Assembly: GCA_035650655.1 (NCBI GenBank)
Contig: DASRHG010000146.1
Location: 5,923 to 69,922, forward strand
From: Candidatus Binatia bacterium
Lineage (GTDB): Bacteria; Desulfobacterota; Binatia; DP-6
Direction of reading: 5' to 3'
Length of the DNA: 64,000 bases
The notes under the pieces were generated by a model, which worked only from the letters and a program-made list of their open reading frames with translations, searched no databases and was not told the DNA's origin. Of the stretch, positions 52,530 to 62,308 are shown one piece after another (position 1 is the stretch's first letter; each line of letters begins with the position of its first letter). Made by a program: the position numbers and the translations under genes.

Positions 52530-54091
52530 CGACGGGCGCGAACGGCGCGGGGGCGCCCGTGGCGGCGGCCGCCGCGCCCCTCGGTCGGCGGCCGCTCCGC
52601 GCGGCGCTGGCGGTCGGGAGCGGCCTCCTCCTCGCCGCGTCGTTCCCGAGCCTCGACCTCGAGCCCCTCGCGTGGGTGGGCCTCGTGCCGCTCCTGCTCG
52701 CCATCCGCGGGCTCCGGCCGCGCGCGGCGTTCGGCTGGGGGTGGCTCTCGGGCGTCGTCTTCTACGTCGCCACCTGCTACTGGGTCGTGCACACGATCAG
52801 CGCGTACACGGCGGTGCCGCTGCCCGTCGCGATCGCGATCCTCCTCCTCATGACGGGCGCGCTCGCCGTCTACACGGGCGCGTTCACGGCGGGGGTCGCG
52901 TGGCTCGGCCCGAGCGCTCTCTGGCTCGCGCCGGCCCTGTGGGTGGCACTCGAGTGGCTGCGCGGCTGGTTCTTCATCGGCTTTCCGTGGGCGAGCCTCG
53001 GCTACTCGCAGTGGCGCTACCACGACCTCGTGCAGATGGTCGAGGTGACCGGCGTCTACGGCGTCTCCGCGCTCCTCGTCTTCTTCAACGTCGTGGTCGC
53101 GGCCGTCGTCCACGAGCGCGCTGCGCGCCCGGTGCGGCTCGTGCCGGCGCTCGCCGTGCTGACGGTCCTGGTCGCCGGCGTACCGCTCGCCGGGCGCTGG
53201 CGCGCCGCGACGCTCGCCGCGCGGCCGGCCGCGGGCCAGCTCACCGTCGCGCTCGCGCAGGGCAACATCGAGCAGGACCACAAGTGGGACCCGGCGTACC
53301 AGGACGCGACGATCGGCCGGTACCGCGACTTGACCGCGGCCGCCATGTCGGCGCACCCGGCGCTCGTCGTCTGGCCGGAGACGGCGACGCCCTTCTTCTT
53401 CCAGGAGGCCGGCGCGCACCGCGACGAGGTCCTGGAGATCGCCGAGAGGAACCGCACCTACCTCCTCTTCGGCAGCCCCGCCTTCCACCAGGACGCGGCG
53501 GGAAAGATCCGCGAGATGAACCGCGCCTACCTCGTGTCGCCGGACGGCCGCGAGCTCGCGAGCTACGACAAGATGCAGCTCGTGCCGTTCGGCGAGTACG
53601 TCCCCTACCAGTCGATCCTCTTCTTCGTCGACAGGATGGTCGAGGGCGTCGGCACGTTCGAGGCGGGCACGCGCACGACCGTGTTCCAGGTGCCGGGCGC
53701 GCGCTTCGGCGTCCTCATCTGCTACGAGGGCGTCTTTCCCGCGCTCGCGCGCCGCTTCGTCACGGCGGGCGCCGACCTCTTCGTCAACGTGACGAACGAC
53801 GCGTGGTACGGGCGCACGTCGGCGCCCGCGCAGCACCTCGCGCAGGCGACCCTGCGCGCGATCGAGAACCGCGTGCCGATGGTCCGCGCGGCGAACACGG
53901 GCATCTCGGCGGTCATCGATCCCGACGGGCGGATCCGCTGGCGGAGCCCGCTCTACGAGACTGTCTGGCACGCCGACGTCGTCGCCTGGCCCGGGGTGCG
54001 GACTTTCTACACGCGCTTCGGTGACGTGTTCGCGTGGACGTGCGTCGCGGTGACCGCCGTCGCGGTCGCGCTCGCCCGCCGGCGGCCCTGA
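52517..54091 (+). CDS. lnt: apolipoprotein N-acyltransferase
   Basis: Multi-TM N-terminus (W.R.W..GFPW..LGYSQ), and a CN-hydrolase domain (VVWPE.A, K..LVPFGEY.P, LICYE, TNDAW). Confidence 0.9.
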   Translation: MSALATGANGAGAPVAAAAAPLGRRPLRAALAVGSGLLLAASFPSLDLEPLAWVGLVPLLLAIRGLRPRAAFGWGWLSGVVFYVATCYWVVHTISAYTAVPLPVAIAILLLMTGALAVYTGAFTAGVAWLGPSALWLAPALWVALEWLRGWFFIGFPWASLGYSQWRYHDLVQMVEVTGVYGVSALLVFFNVVVAAVVHERAARPVRLVPALAVLTVLVAGVPLAGRWRAATLAARPAAGQLTVALAQGNIEQDHKWDPAYQDATIGRYRDLTAAAMSAHPALVVWPETATPFFFQEAGAHRDEVLEIAERNRTYLLFGSPAFHQDAAGKIREMNRAYLVSPDGRELASYDKMQLVPFGEYVPYQSILFFVDRMVEGVGTFEAGTRTTVFQVPGARFGVLICYEGVFPALARRFVTAGADLFVNVTNDAWYGRTSAPAQHLAQATLRAIENRVPMVRAANTGISAVIDPDGRIRWRSPLYETVWHADVVAWPGVRTFYTRFGDVFAWTCVAVTAVAVALARRRP

Positions 54092-54136
54092 GCGATGGAC
54101 GACCGCGTCGGCTCGCCTCCGCCGCCGGCTTCCGCT

Positions 54137-55334
54137 ATGGTGCTCCGCGACATGGCACGCACGCACGGCACTCCCGAGGAGCTCCGGCTCGCCGAGCTCA
54201 GCGAGCGCGTCGCCGCGCTCGACCGCCGCGTCACGGACCTCGGGAGGCATCTTTGACCTGCCGGCGCTCGAGAGGCGCGCGGCCGAGCTGAGCGAGCAGG
54301 CCGCCGCGCCGGGGTTCTGGAACGACGCGGCGCGGGCGCAGACGGTCGGGCGCGAGACGGCGGCCGTCCTCGGGAAGATCACCGGCTGGAAGAAGCTCCG
54401 CGAGGGCGCCGACGAGACGCAGGTGTTCCTCGAGCTGGCGGAGGAGGGCGACCGGGACGCGCTCGCCGAGCTCGAGACGCGGCTCGGACAGGTGGAGCAC
54501 GACACCGACCAGCTCGAGCTCGAGCAGCTCCTCGGCGGCGAGCACGACGCCGGCAGCGCGATCGTCGAGATCCACCCCGGTGCGGGCGGTCTCGAGGCGC
54601 AGGACTGGGCCGAGATGCTGCTGCGGATGTACCTGCGCTGGGCGGAGCGGCGCGGGTACAAGACGGAGATCCTCGAGCAGCAGCCCGGCGAAGGCGCGGG
54701 GATCAAGAGCGCCACGTTCATGGTGCAGGGCCCGTACGCCTTCGGCTACCTCCGCGCCGAGGCGGGCGTCCACCGCCTCGTCCGCATCTCGCCCTTCGAC
54801 GCGAACGCGCGCCGGCAGACGTCGTTCGCGTCGGTGATCGTCCTTCCCGACGTCGAGGAGGACATCCAGGTCGAGATCCGGGACGAGGACCTCCGCGTCG
54901 ACACGTACCGCTCGAGCGGCGCCGGCGGCCAGCACGTCAACAAGACCGACTCCGCCGTGCGGCTCACGCACCTCCCGACCGGCATCGTCGTCGCCTGCCA
55001 GAACGAACGCTCGCAGCACAAGAACAAGGCGATGGCGATGAAGATCCTGAAGGCGCGCCTCTACGAGCTCGAGAAGCAGAAGCAGGACGAGAAGCTCGCC
55101 GAGCTCACGAAGGGCGGCAAGACGGAGATCGGGTTCGGACACCAGATCCGCTCGTACGTCCTCGCACCCTACCGGATGGTGAAGGACCTCCGGACGCGCG
55201 TCGAGGTCGGGAACGCCGACGCCGTCCTCGACGGCGACCTCGATCCGTTCATCGACGCCTACCTCCGCCAGAGCGCGAGCGGCGGCGAGCCCGCGGCGCC
55301 GGCGACGCCGTCGGGCGGGGCCGCGCGCACGTAG
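54137..55334 (+). CDS. prfB: peptide chain release factor 2 (two frames joined by programmed +1 frameshift at 54251-54257)
   Basis: ORF1 is MVLRDMARTHGTPEELRLAELSERVAALDRRVTDLGRHL, then TGA. The +1 frame continues DLPALERRAAELSEQAAAPGFWND.. with SPF (RISPFD) and GGQ (SSGAGGQHVNK). An alternative ORF1 start is ATG 54152. Confidence 0.93.
54242..54257 (+). other. prfB autoregulatory +1 frameshift site (internal SD GGGAGG, then CTT TGA C)
   Basis: GGGAGG CAT CTT TGA C matches the classical AGGGGG-N3-CUU UGA C architecture. Confidence 0.9.
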
Positions 55335-56908
55335 ACCGCGAAGCCGATCTCGCCCTGCCAGAGGTCGGCGGCGAAGGCGGGGTCGAGCGCGGTGTAGAGC
55401 GTCTCGGTGAGGAACGACGACCGCCAGCGCGCCGCCTCGCAGTAGCCGAGGGCGCCCGCGCGAAGCGCCGCCAGATCCCGTGCGGCGCCGCTCGCCGGCC
55501 GGTCGCGCGCGAGCGAGATCGCGTACCAGTCGGGAATGACGAGCGCGTCGGGCCGCTCGTCGAGCCAGTGACCCTCCCGGACGAGCACCGGACGGAGCCC
55601 CGCGCGCGTCAGCGGCAGGACGAGGCCGAAGTAGTCTCCGAACCACGGCACCGCGACGCGCACCTCGCCGCCGCTCGCGGCGCGCGCCGCGACGTGGTCG
55701 GCGATCCAGCGTGCGACGCCCTCCTGCTGGTCGGTCGAGAAGCGCGCGACCTGGGACGCCGCGAGCGCCGCGCCGTAGCCGCAGACGAGCGCCACGACGG
55801 TCGCGCGCGCGAGCGCGGGGCGGAGCGCCGCGACGGCGCGGCCGGCGAGCGCAGCGAGCCCGGGGAGGAGGGGGAGGAGGTAGCGGGGGAACGTGACCGG
55901 ATAGCGCGCGACGGCGACCAGGTACGCGGCGAGCGTCGCGAGCAGGAGCGTGTCGCCCGCCGTGCGGCGGCGCAGCGCGACCCCGATGCCCGCGAGCGCG
56001 GTGAGCCAGAGCGGCCAGCCGAGCGCGTACGGGAGCGAGGCGGCGAGCTCGTAGAGGTACGGCCGCGCATACCAGCCGAGCGACGGCTCGAGGTGGTTGT
56101 TGCTGAAGGCCCACGCGAGCGTCGTGCTCCGCTCGTGGTGGGTGGCGAGCGCGGCGGCGACGCGGCCCGGCGCGAGCACGCAGGGCGGACACCCGACGAT
56201 GAGCGCCGCCCCGAACGCCGCGAGCGCCGCCGCCGCGAGCGCGGCCGCGCGCCGCGGTGCGCGCGGGGTGCCCGCGACGATCGCGCACGCGACGGGCACC
56301 GCCGCGACCACGCCCGTGTACTTCGCCGTCCCGGCGAGGCCCGCGAGCGCGCCGGCAACCACCGCCCGCCCCGTCGTCGGCCGCCGCGCGAGCGCGAGCG
56401 CCGCGAGCACCGCCGCGGTCAGGAGGCCCGCGAGCAGCACGTCGACGGACGCGTAGTGCGTCTGCATCGCGTCGAGCGGCGCGACGGCGAGGAACGCAGC
56501 GGCCGCGAGCCCCGCGCCGGGACCCCAGAGCGCGGCGCCGAGGGCGCCCGCGAGCCCGACGCCCACGACGCCCGCCGCCGCGGAGACGGCGCGCGCGAGG
56601 AGGAGGAGCCCCGGGGTGAAGGTCGCGGGGAGCGGGCCGAGCGCGCCGGCCGCGCGCAGGCCCGCCGCCGCGAGACCGCCGAGCTCGCCGTACAGCGTCG
56701 GGTAGATCAGGTCGTGCGGCACGAACGCCGCGCAGCGGAGCGGCACGAAGGAGCGGATGCGCTCGCCCCAGAATGCCTCGTCGACGAAGTACGCATCCCG
56801 CGCGAGCCCCCAGTCGAGCCGCCAGACGCGCAGGGCCGTCGCGACCACGACGATCGCGAGCGCCGCCGCGCCGGCGAGCGCGCGCCGCGAGCGAGGAGTG
56901 GACCGCAC
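55259..56908 (-). CDS. ArnT/PMT-like (GT39/GT83-type) membrane glycosyltransferase family protein
   Basis: About 10 or more hydrophobic segments, an early D-containing loop (YFVDEAFW), and a soluble C-terminal domain. GTG start. The 3' end overlaps the prfB tail. Confidence 0.6.
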   Translation of the reverse strand: MRSTPRSRRALAGAAALAIVVVATALRVWRLDWGLARDAYFVDEAFWGERIRSFVPLRCAAFVPHDLIYPTLYGELGGLAAAGLRAAGALGPLPATFTPGLLLLARAVSAAAGVVGVGLAGALGAALWGPGAGLAAAAFLAVAPLDAMQTHYASVDVLLAGLLTAAVLAALALARRPTTGRAVVAGALAGLAGTAKYTGVVAAVPVACAIVAGTPRAPRRAAALAAAALAAFGAALIVGCPPCVLAPGRVAAALATHHERSTTLAWAFSNNHLEPSLGWYARPYLYELAASLPYALGWPLWLTALAGIGVALRRRTAGDTLLLATLAAYLVAVARYPVTFPRYLLPLLPGLAALAGRAVAALRPALARATVVALVCGYGAALAASQVARFSTDQQEGVARWIADHVAARAASGGEVRVAVPWFGDYFGLVLPLTRAGLRPVLVREGHWLDERPDALVIPDWYAISLARDRPASGAARDLAALRAGALGYCEAARWRSSFLTETLYTALDPAFAADLWQGEIGFAVYVRAAPPDGVAGAAGSPPLALWRR

Positions 56909-56945
56909 ACCGGGGAAGGGGGATCCCGCGCGCGCGTGGCGTCAA

Positions 56946-57671
56946 TCACCGCGCGGCGCGCGCGTGTCGGCGCAGCACCTCGTCCCAAGCGACGTGGTCG
57001 AGGAACGCCTCGACGTAGTCGTCGCGGCGCTGGTAGTCGCGCGTGAAGGCGTGCTCGGCGAGGTCGCAGACGAGGAGCGGCTGGGCGCCCGCCCAGAGAC
57101 CGTCGGTGTTCCCGTTCATGATCGCGTCGTGCCAGCGCCCGTCGTACGGGTCGTGGACGAGCGCGGCCCACGCGTTCGCCGCGAGCGCGCACGCCGTGAA
57201 GTCGGCCTTCCAGCGCTCGAACGAGCCCATGTGCGTCTCCATGAGCGCGAGCAGCTCGCGCGGCGGCTTCGTCTTCGCCGGAGCGAGGTTCCCGAAGTAG
57301 AGCTCGTGGAGGACGACGGCGTTCGCGGCCGCCACCTGGCTGCGGCGGAGCTCGGCGTACGCGCCCGCGCGGCGCGGGCTCCGGTCGGCCGTCGAGAGCG
57401 CCATCTCCACCGTCCCGAGACGCTCGACGGCCCGCACGTACTCGGCGTGGCCGAGGGCGAGCTGTTCCCGGGAGAGGAAGTCCGGCAGCTCCTCCCACGG
57501 AAGCGGCCTGGGCGACCGCTCCGCGAAGCCGGGGCGGCCGGCGCCGAACGCGTCCGACGCGCGCCCCGCCTCCGTCGGCGGGGGCTCCGCGGCGGCGCGG
57601 AGGGCGAGCGTGCCGGCGCCGAGGGCGAAGCCGGCGAGGACGTGTCGCCGCGAGAGGAGCGGGTCTCGCAT
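56946..57671 (-). CDS. Tat-exported Fe/Mn superoxide dismutase family protein
   Basis: Tat signal in MRDPLLSRRHVLAGFALGAG. Candidate metal ligands: GHAEYV, VLHELYFGNL, DLAEHAFTRDY (compare D.WEHAYY.DY). Confidence 0.7.
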   Translation of the reverse strand: MRDPLLSRRHVLAGFALGAGTLALRAAAEPPPTEAGRASDAFGAGRPGFAERSPRPLPWEELPDFLSREQLALGHAEYVRAVERLGTVEMALSTADRSPRRAGAYAELRRSQVAAANAVVLHELYFGNLAPAKTKPPRELLALMETHMGSFERWKADFTACALAANAWAALVHDPYDGRWHDAIMNGNTDGLWAGAQPLLVCDLAEHAFTRDYQRRDDYVEAFLDHVAWDEVLRRHARAAR

Positions 57672-58549
57672 CACGCGCGCTGCGCGTCGAGCGCGCGCCG
57701 CACGCCGCGCGCGAGGTCCTCGGCCGGCCCCGTCCCCCAGAAATGGAGGAAGACGATCCGGGGCTCCTCGTGGATCATGTGCCCGTGGATCGCGACGACG
57801 TGGATGCCGGCCGCGCAGAGCGCGCGGAGGACCGGCTGGAGCTCGCCCTCGAGCATCGCGAAGTCGCCGTCGACGACGGCGCGCTCGGGGCTGCCGCCGA
57901 ACGCGGCCCAGGTGTTGACGCCCATCGCGGCGCCGAGGGGCGTGCCGTGCGCCGTCGTCGTCCGCCCGAACACGAACTTCGCCATGCCGTCCTTCGCCTG
58001 CGCGGTGCCGCCGAGGACCGCCTCGAGCGGCTTCGGGTCGATCGCGCTCGGAGTGCCGACGGCCGGGCCGCCGAAGCCGGCGGCCGGCGTCGGGCTCGCG
58101 GCGCGGACCGCGCGGACGGCGGCGAGCGCGTGCGCGACGCCAGTCGCGAGCGCGTCCGTCGGGCCCGTCCCGCCGACGTGCATGAAGAAGACGGGAGGGC
58201 GGGCGAACGCGAAGTGGTTGTGGAGCGCGGTCACCTCGAGTCCCGCGTCGAGCGCCGCGCACATCGCCGGGCTCACCTCGTCCTCGGCGAGCACGAGGTC
58301 GCCCATCACGACCGTCCGGTCGCCGGCCTCCTCGAACGCGGCCCACGACGTGAGACCCTGAAACGGCGCGAGCGCGACGCCGTCGACCGTCACGTGGAGA
58401 TCGCCGCGCGGCACGCTCACCTTCGCGACGCCGCCCTGCACCTCGGGCGCGATGCCGGTGAGCTTCGCGATCGCGCCGGCGTCGATCGCGGCGTGCGCGC
58501 GTCCGACGCTCGCGGCGAGCACGATCGCCATCGAGAGCCTTCGAAGCAT
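57671..58549 (-). CDS. DUF1259 (LppY/LpqO-like) domain-containing secreted protein
   Basis: Signal peptide, then a duplicated module ending in ALHNHF..PPVFFMHVGGTG and AIHGHMIHEEPRIVFLHFWGTG. The stop overlaps the SOD-like ATG (TGATG). Confidence 0.7.
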   Translation of the reverse strand: MLRRLSMAIVLAASVGRAHAAIDAGAIAKLTGIAPEVQGGVAKVSVPRGDLHVTVDGVALAPFQGLTSWAAFEEAGDRTVVMGDLVLAEDEVSPAMCAALDAGLEVTALHNHFAFARPPVFFMHVGGTGPTDALATGVAHALAAVRAVRAASPTPAAGFGGPAVGTPSAIDPKPLEAVLGGTAQAKDGMAKFVFGRTTTAHGTPLGAAMGVNTWAAFGGSPERAVVDGDFAMLEGELQPVLRALCAAGIHVVAIHGHMIHEEPRIVFLHFWGTGPAEDLARGVRRALDAQRA

Positions 58550-58622
58550 TCCATCCTCCGCCGGCCGTCCCCACCGCGTGCCGGTGCGCCACGCCTACCC
58601 CATTCGCGGCCGTCGCGTCGAT

Positions 58623-58653
58623 GGGAGCGCGCTCCCGCGCGATGTGGTACGAT
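58623..58653 (+). promoter_or_regulatory. perfect 14-bp palindrome next to an extended -10-like element
   Basis: GGGAGCGCGCTCCC (58623-58636), followed by TGgTACGAT (58645-58653). It lies about 75 nt upstream of the alpha/beta hydrolase ATG. Confidence 0.35.
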
Positions 58654-58727
58654 CCGCAGACCGACCCACTCCCCCCCGCCGCGACGACGCTTGCCTCGGT
58701 CCGCCCGGCCGCGTAGCTCGGGCTCCC

Positions 58728-59507
58728 ATGCACGACGAGCCGCGGCTCCACGTGGAGGTCGACGGGACGGGGCCGATCGTCCTCCTCGCGCACGGCTTCG
58801 GCGGCAGCGCGCGGAACTTCCGCCCGCAGGCGCGCGCGCTCGCCGCGCGCTATCGCGTCGTGCGCTGGGACGCGCGCGGCCATGCGCGCAGCGGCGCACC
58901 GTCCGACTGCGCCGCCTACGCCCCCCACGTCCTCGTCGCGGACGTGGGCCGCGTGCTCGACCGAGTGGGCGCGACGACGGCGGTCGTCGGCGGTCTCTCC
59001 ATGGGCGCCGCGGTGACGCTCCAATTCACGCTCGCGCACCCCGAGCGCGTGCGCGGGCTCGTGCTGGCGGGCTTCCCGCCCGGGCCGGCCGTGGCGGGCA
59101 GCTTCACGGCGCTCGCCGGCACGCTCGCCGACGCGATCGAGCGCGAGGGCCTCGAGGCGGCCGGGGCGCGTTGGGTGTGGGGCGAGGCGAGCGGTCTCGA
59201 CCCGGCCTCCGCGCGGCTCGTCCGGCAGGGCTTCCTCGAGCATTCGCCGCGCGGGCTCGCCTGCACGCTCCGCTCCATGCCGGCGCTCATCCCGACTCCC
59301 GAGGACCTGCGGCGCGTCCACGTCCCGGCGCTCGTCGTCGTCGGCGCCGAGGACCGGCTCTCGCTCGCCGCGAGCCGCGCCCTCGGGGCCGCGCTGCCCG
59401 GCGCCCGGCTCGAGGTCGTTCCGGACGCGGGCCACGTCGTGAACCTGGCGCAGCCGGCGGCGTTCAACGCCGCCCTCGTCCGCTTCCTCGACGCGCTCCC
59501 GGCGTGA
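58728..59507 (+). CDS. alpha/beta hydrolase fold protein
   Basis: The HG oxyanion motif in LLAHGFGGS, the nucleophile elbow GLSMGA, and a C-terminal PDAGHV. ATG 58728 lies inside track ORF 58452..59507. Confidence 0.85.
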   Translation: MHDEPRLHVEVDGTGPIVLLAHGFGGSARNFRPQARALAARYRVVRWDARGHARSGAPSDCAAYAPHVLVADVGRVLDRVGATTAVVGGLSMGAAVTLQFTLAHPERVRGLVLAGFPPGPAVAGSFTALAGTLADAIEREGLEAAGARWVWGEASGLDPASARLVRQGFLEHSPRGLACTLRSMPALIPTPEDLRRVHVPALVVVGAEDRLSLAASRALGAALPGARLEVVPDAGHVVNLAQPAAFNAALVRFLDALPA

Positions 59508-59526
59508 CGCGGGCGCGCGCCGCGCC

Positions 59527-61038
59527 TCACCCGAGGCCGAAGAAGCCGCGGATGCGGTCGAGGAGGTTCGACTGCGTCTCCGCCTCGCGCCGGGCGCGCG
59601 CCTCGGCCGAGAGCCCCTCGCGCTCGCCGTCGAGCGCCATCTGCCGGCGGGCGAGGACGGCGGAGAGATCGCGCGCGAGATCGGGCTTCGCGTCCAGCAG
59701 GCTGCGGAAGGTCCGATGGTCGATCACGTAGCAGACGGCGTCGGAGACGGCCGTGCAGCTCGCGTTCCGCGGCTCGCCCGTGATGAGCGACATCTCGCCG
59801 AAGAAGTCGCCCGCGTCGAGCCGCGCGACCTGCCGCCGGACGCCGTCGAGCGCCAGGTGGACCGCGATCTCGCCGCTGCGGATCAGGTAGAGCGAGTCGC
59901 CGAAGTCCCCCTGCTCGATGATGCGCTCGCCGGCGCCGAAGTGGACGCGCTTCATCCCGCGGGCGAGGAGCTCGCGGTCGGCGTCCTCGAGCGGCGCGAA
60001 GACGTCGACGCCCGCGAGCGCGTCGAGCCGCTCTGCGAGCTCCGACTCCCGCTGCGCGGGGTGATGCTCGACCGCCGGGCCGGCGGCGACGATCGTCCGG
60101 ATGGGGAAGGGCATCTCGAGCCCCGCCCGCTGCGCCGCGTACCAGACGCGCGTCCGCACCTCCCCGTCGATCGGTGACTCGCGCTCGAAGTCCGCGATCC
60201 AGTAGCGGAGCGCGTACACGATCGCGCTGTCGCCGAACTCGACCGGGAAGCAGTCGGGCGCGGGGACCTCGAGGACGTCGGGGGCGCCCCGGAGCGCGCC
60301 GAGGAGGACGCGGCGCACCTCGTTCGGCGGGTGACGGTAGTGGAAGCCGACGCGGAGCCACATGCGGTGCGCGTCGTTCGGGCGTGAGTAGTTGACGACC
60401 TCGCTGCCGAGGAGCTGGGCGTTCGGGACGATGACGCTGTCGCCGTCCTTCGTGACGAGGAGCGCCGCCCGCCACTCCAGCTCGACGATCCGCCCGACGT
60501 GGTCGCCGACCTTCACCCAGTCGCCGATCTGGATCGTCCGCTCGATGGGCAGCGCGAGACCCGCGAAGACGTTCGCGATCGTGTTCTGGAGCGCGAGGCC
60601 GACGACGGCGGTCACGACGGCGGACGTCGTGAGCAGCGAGAAGGGGTCGACGCCGCTCGAGCGCAGCACGACCAGGACGATTCCGAAGAGCATGACCGCC
60701 TGCGCGAGGTCGCGGAGGATCGACGGGATCTGGCGGCGGCGGAGGGCGAAGTCGAAGACGACGATCGCGCAGAGCCCCGTGAGCCCGAGGGCGAGGAAGA
60801 GGATCGTGAGCAGCGCGAGCGCACCCGACGGCGTCCCGAGCTCCGCCGCCATCACGCTCGCGAGCAGGTGCAGGACGAGCGCGATCGCCAGGAACACGGC
60901 CGGCGCCGTCGTGCCGCGGCGGCGGTCGGGCGGCAGCACGGCCCAGCGGAGCAGGAGCACGACGGCGAGCGCGAGGATCCCGACGAGGAGCTCGAGCCCC
61001 GAGCCGTGGATCTGCTGGAGCCGCTCCCACCCGCTCAT
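59527..61038 (-). CDS. MscS-family mechanosensitive channel with C-terminal cyclic-nucleotide-binding domain
   Basis: MscS core: ALQNTIANVFAGLALPIERTIQIGDWVKV. cNMP domain: GDFFGEMSLITGEPRNASCTA. Confidence 0.88.
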   Translation of the reverse strand: MSGWERLQQIHGSGLELLVGILALAVVLLLRWAVLPPDRRRGTTAPAVFLAIALVLHLLASVMAAELGTPSGALALLTILFLALGLTGLCAIVVFDFALRRRQIPSILRDLAQAVMLFGIVLVVLRSSGVDPFSLLTTSAVVTAVVGLALQNTIANVFAGLALPIERTIQIGDWVKVGDHVGRIVELEWRAALLVTKDGDSVIVPNAQLLGSEVVNYSRPNDAHRMWLRVGFHYRHPPNEVRRVLLGALRGAPDVLEVPAPDCFPVEFGDSAIVYALRYWIADFERESPIDGEVRTRVWYAAQRAGLEMPFPIRTIVAAGPAVEHHPAQRESELAERLDALAGVDVFAPLEDADRELLARGMKRVHFGAGERIIEQGDFGDSLYLIRSGEIAVHLALDGVRRQVARLDAGDFFGEMSLITGEPRNASCTAVSDAVCYVIDHRTFRSLLDAKPDLARDLSAVLARRQMALDGEREGLSAEARARREAETQSNLLDRIRGFFGLG

Positions 61039-61120
61039 CGGCGGGGGAGTGTATCAAGCCGCGGGCGCGCGGACCAAGGCGCCGGGCTGCCCGAGCGGCG
61101 CGTGCGGACCGGGCGCCGGC

Positions 61121-62308
61121 CTACCCGAGGGCGCGCGCGAGCGCGTCGAGCGCCCGCTCCGCCTCCGCGTCCGTGAGGACGAGCGGCGGGGCCAGGCGGA
61201 CCACGGTGTCACGGTGGAGCGTCCAGTTGAGGATGAGCCCCGCCTCGAGCGCGCGCGCCGCGAAGCCCGCGCACGCGGCCGCGTCCGCGAACTCGAGGCC
61301 GATGAGCAGGCCGCGGCCGCGCACGCGGACGAGCCCGCCGCGCCCGACGAGCGCGCCGAGTCGGGCGAGGAGCGTCCGGCCGAGCGCGCCGGCGCGGGCC
61401 GGCAGGCCCTCGCGCACGAGGACCTCGAGCGCGGCGAGGCCCGCGGCGCACGACACGGGATGGCCCCCGAACGTGGTGACGTGCGCGAGCGGCGGGTCGT
61501 GCGCGAGCGTGGCCATCACCTCGCCCCGCCCGACGAAGGCGCCGAGCGGCAGCCCGCCGCCGAGCGCCTTCGCGAGGACGAGGAGGTCCGGGACGACGCC
61601 GGCGTGCTGGTGGGCGAAGAGGTGCCCCGTGCGCCCGAACCCCGTCACCACCTCGTCGAGGACGAGGAGCGCGCCCGTCTCGTCGCAGCGGCGGCGCAGC
61701 GCCGGGAGGAACTCCGGGCCCGGGATCCGCACGCCCGCCTCCGCCTGGATCGGCTCGACGACGACGGCGGCGGTCCGCTCGTCGATCGCGGCGAGCCCGG
61801 CCGGATCGTCGAAGGGGAGGAGCGTCACGCCGGGGAGGAGCGGCTCGAACGGCGTGCGGTACACCGGGTTGCCGCCGATCGAGAGGGCGCCGAGCGTGTC
61901 GCCGTGGAAGCCGCCGTCGAACGCCACCAGGCCGGCGCGCCCGGTGTGCTTGCGCGCCGTCTTGAGCGCGCCCTCGATCGCCTCGGCGCCGCTCGACGTG
62001 AAATAGACCACGTCGAGCGGGGCGGTGAGCGCGGCGAGCCGCTCCGCGAGCCGGACCTGCGCCTCCTGGACGAACTCGCCGTACACCATCACGTGGAGGT
62101 GTCGCTCCGCCTGCGCGCGCACCGCGGCCACCACCTCGGGGTGCGCGTGGCCGACGTTCGCGACGCCCATGCCGGCGAGGAGATCGAGATACGCGCGGCC
62201 GCGCGCGTCCCACACCGTCGCGCCCGCCGCGCGCGCGACCGTGATGCCGAGCGGCGCCGGCGACGTCTGGCAGACGTGGCGGAGGAAGCGCGCGCGGAGG
62301 TCCGTCAC
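61121..62308 (-). CDS. class III (ArgD/GabT-like) pyridoxal-phosphate aminotransferase
   Basis: SGAEA.E.A.K.AR, LVLDEVVTGFGRTGHLFA, PLP-Lys region DLLVLAKALGGGLP, TFGGHP. GTG 62308 overlaps the luxC-like stop. Confidence 0.88.
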   Translation of the reverse strand: MTDLRARFLRHVCQTSPAPLGITVARAAGATVWDARGRAYLDLLAGMGVANVGHAHPEVVAAVRAQAERHLHVMVYGEFVQEAQVRLAERLAALTAPLDVVYFTSSGAEAIEGALKTARKHTGRAGLVAFDGGFHGDTLGALSIGGNPVYRTPFEPLLPGVTLLPFDDPAGLAAIDERTAAVVVEPIQAEAGVRIPGPEFLPALRRRCDETGALLVLDEVVTGFGRTGHLFAHQHAGVVPDLLVLAKALGGGLPLGAFVGRGEVMATLAHDPPLAHVTTFGGHPVSCAAGLAALEVLVREGLPARAGALGRTLLARLGALVGRGGLVRVRGRGLLIGLEFADAAACAGFAARALEAGLILNWTLHRDTVVRLAPPLVLTDAEAERALDALARALG

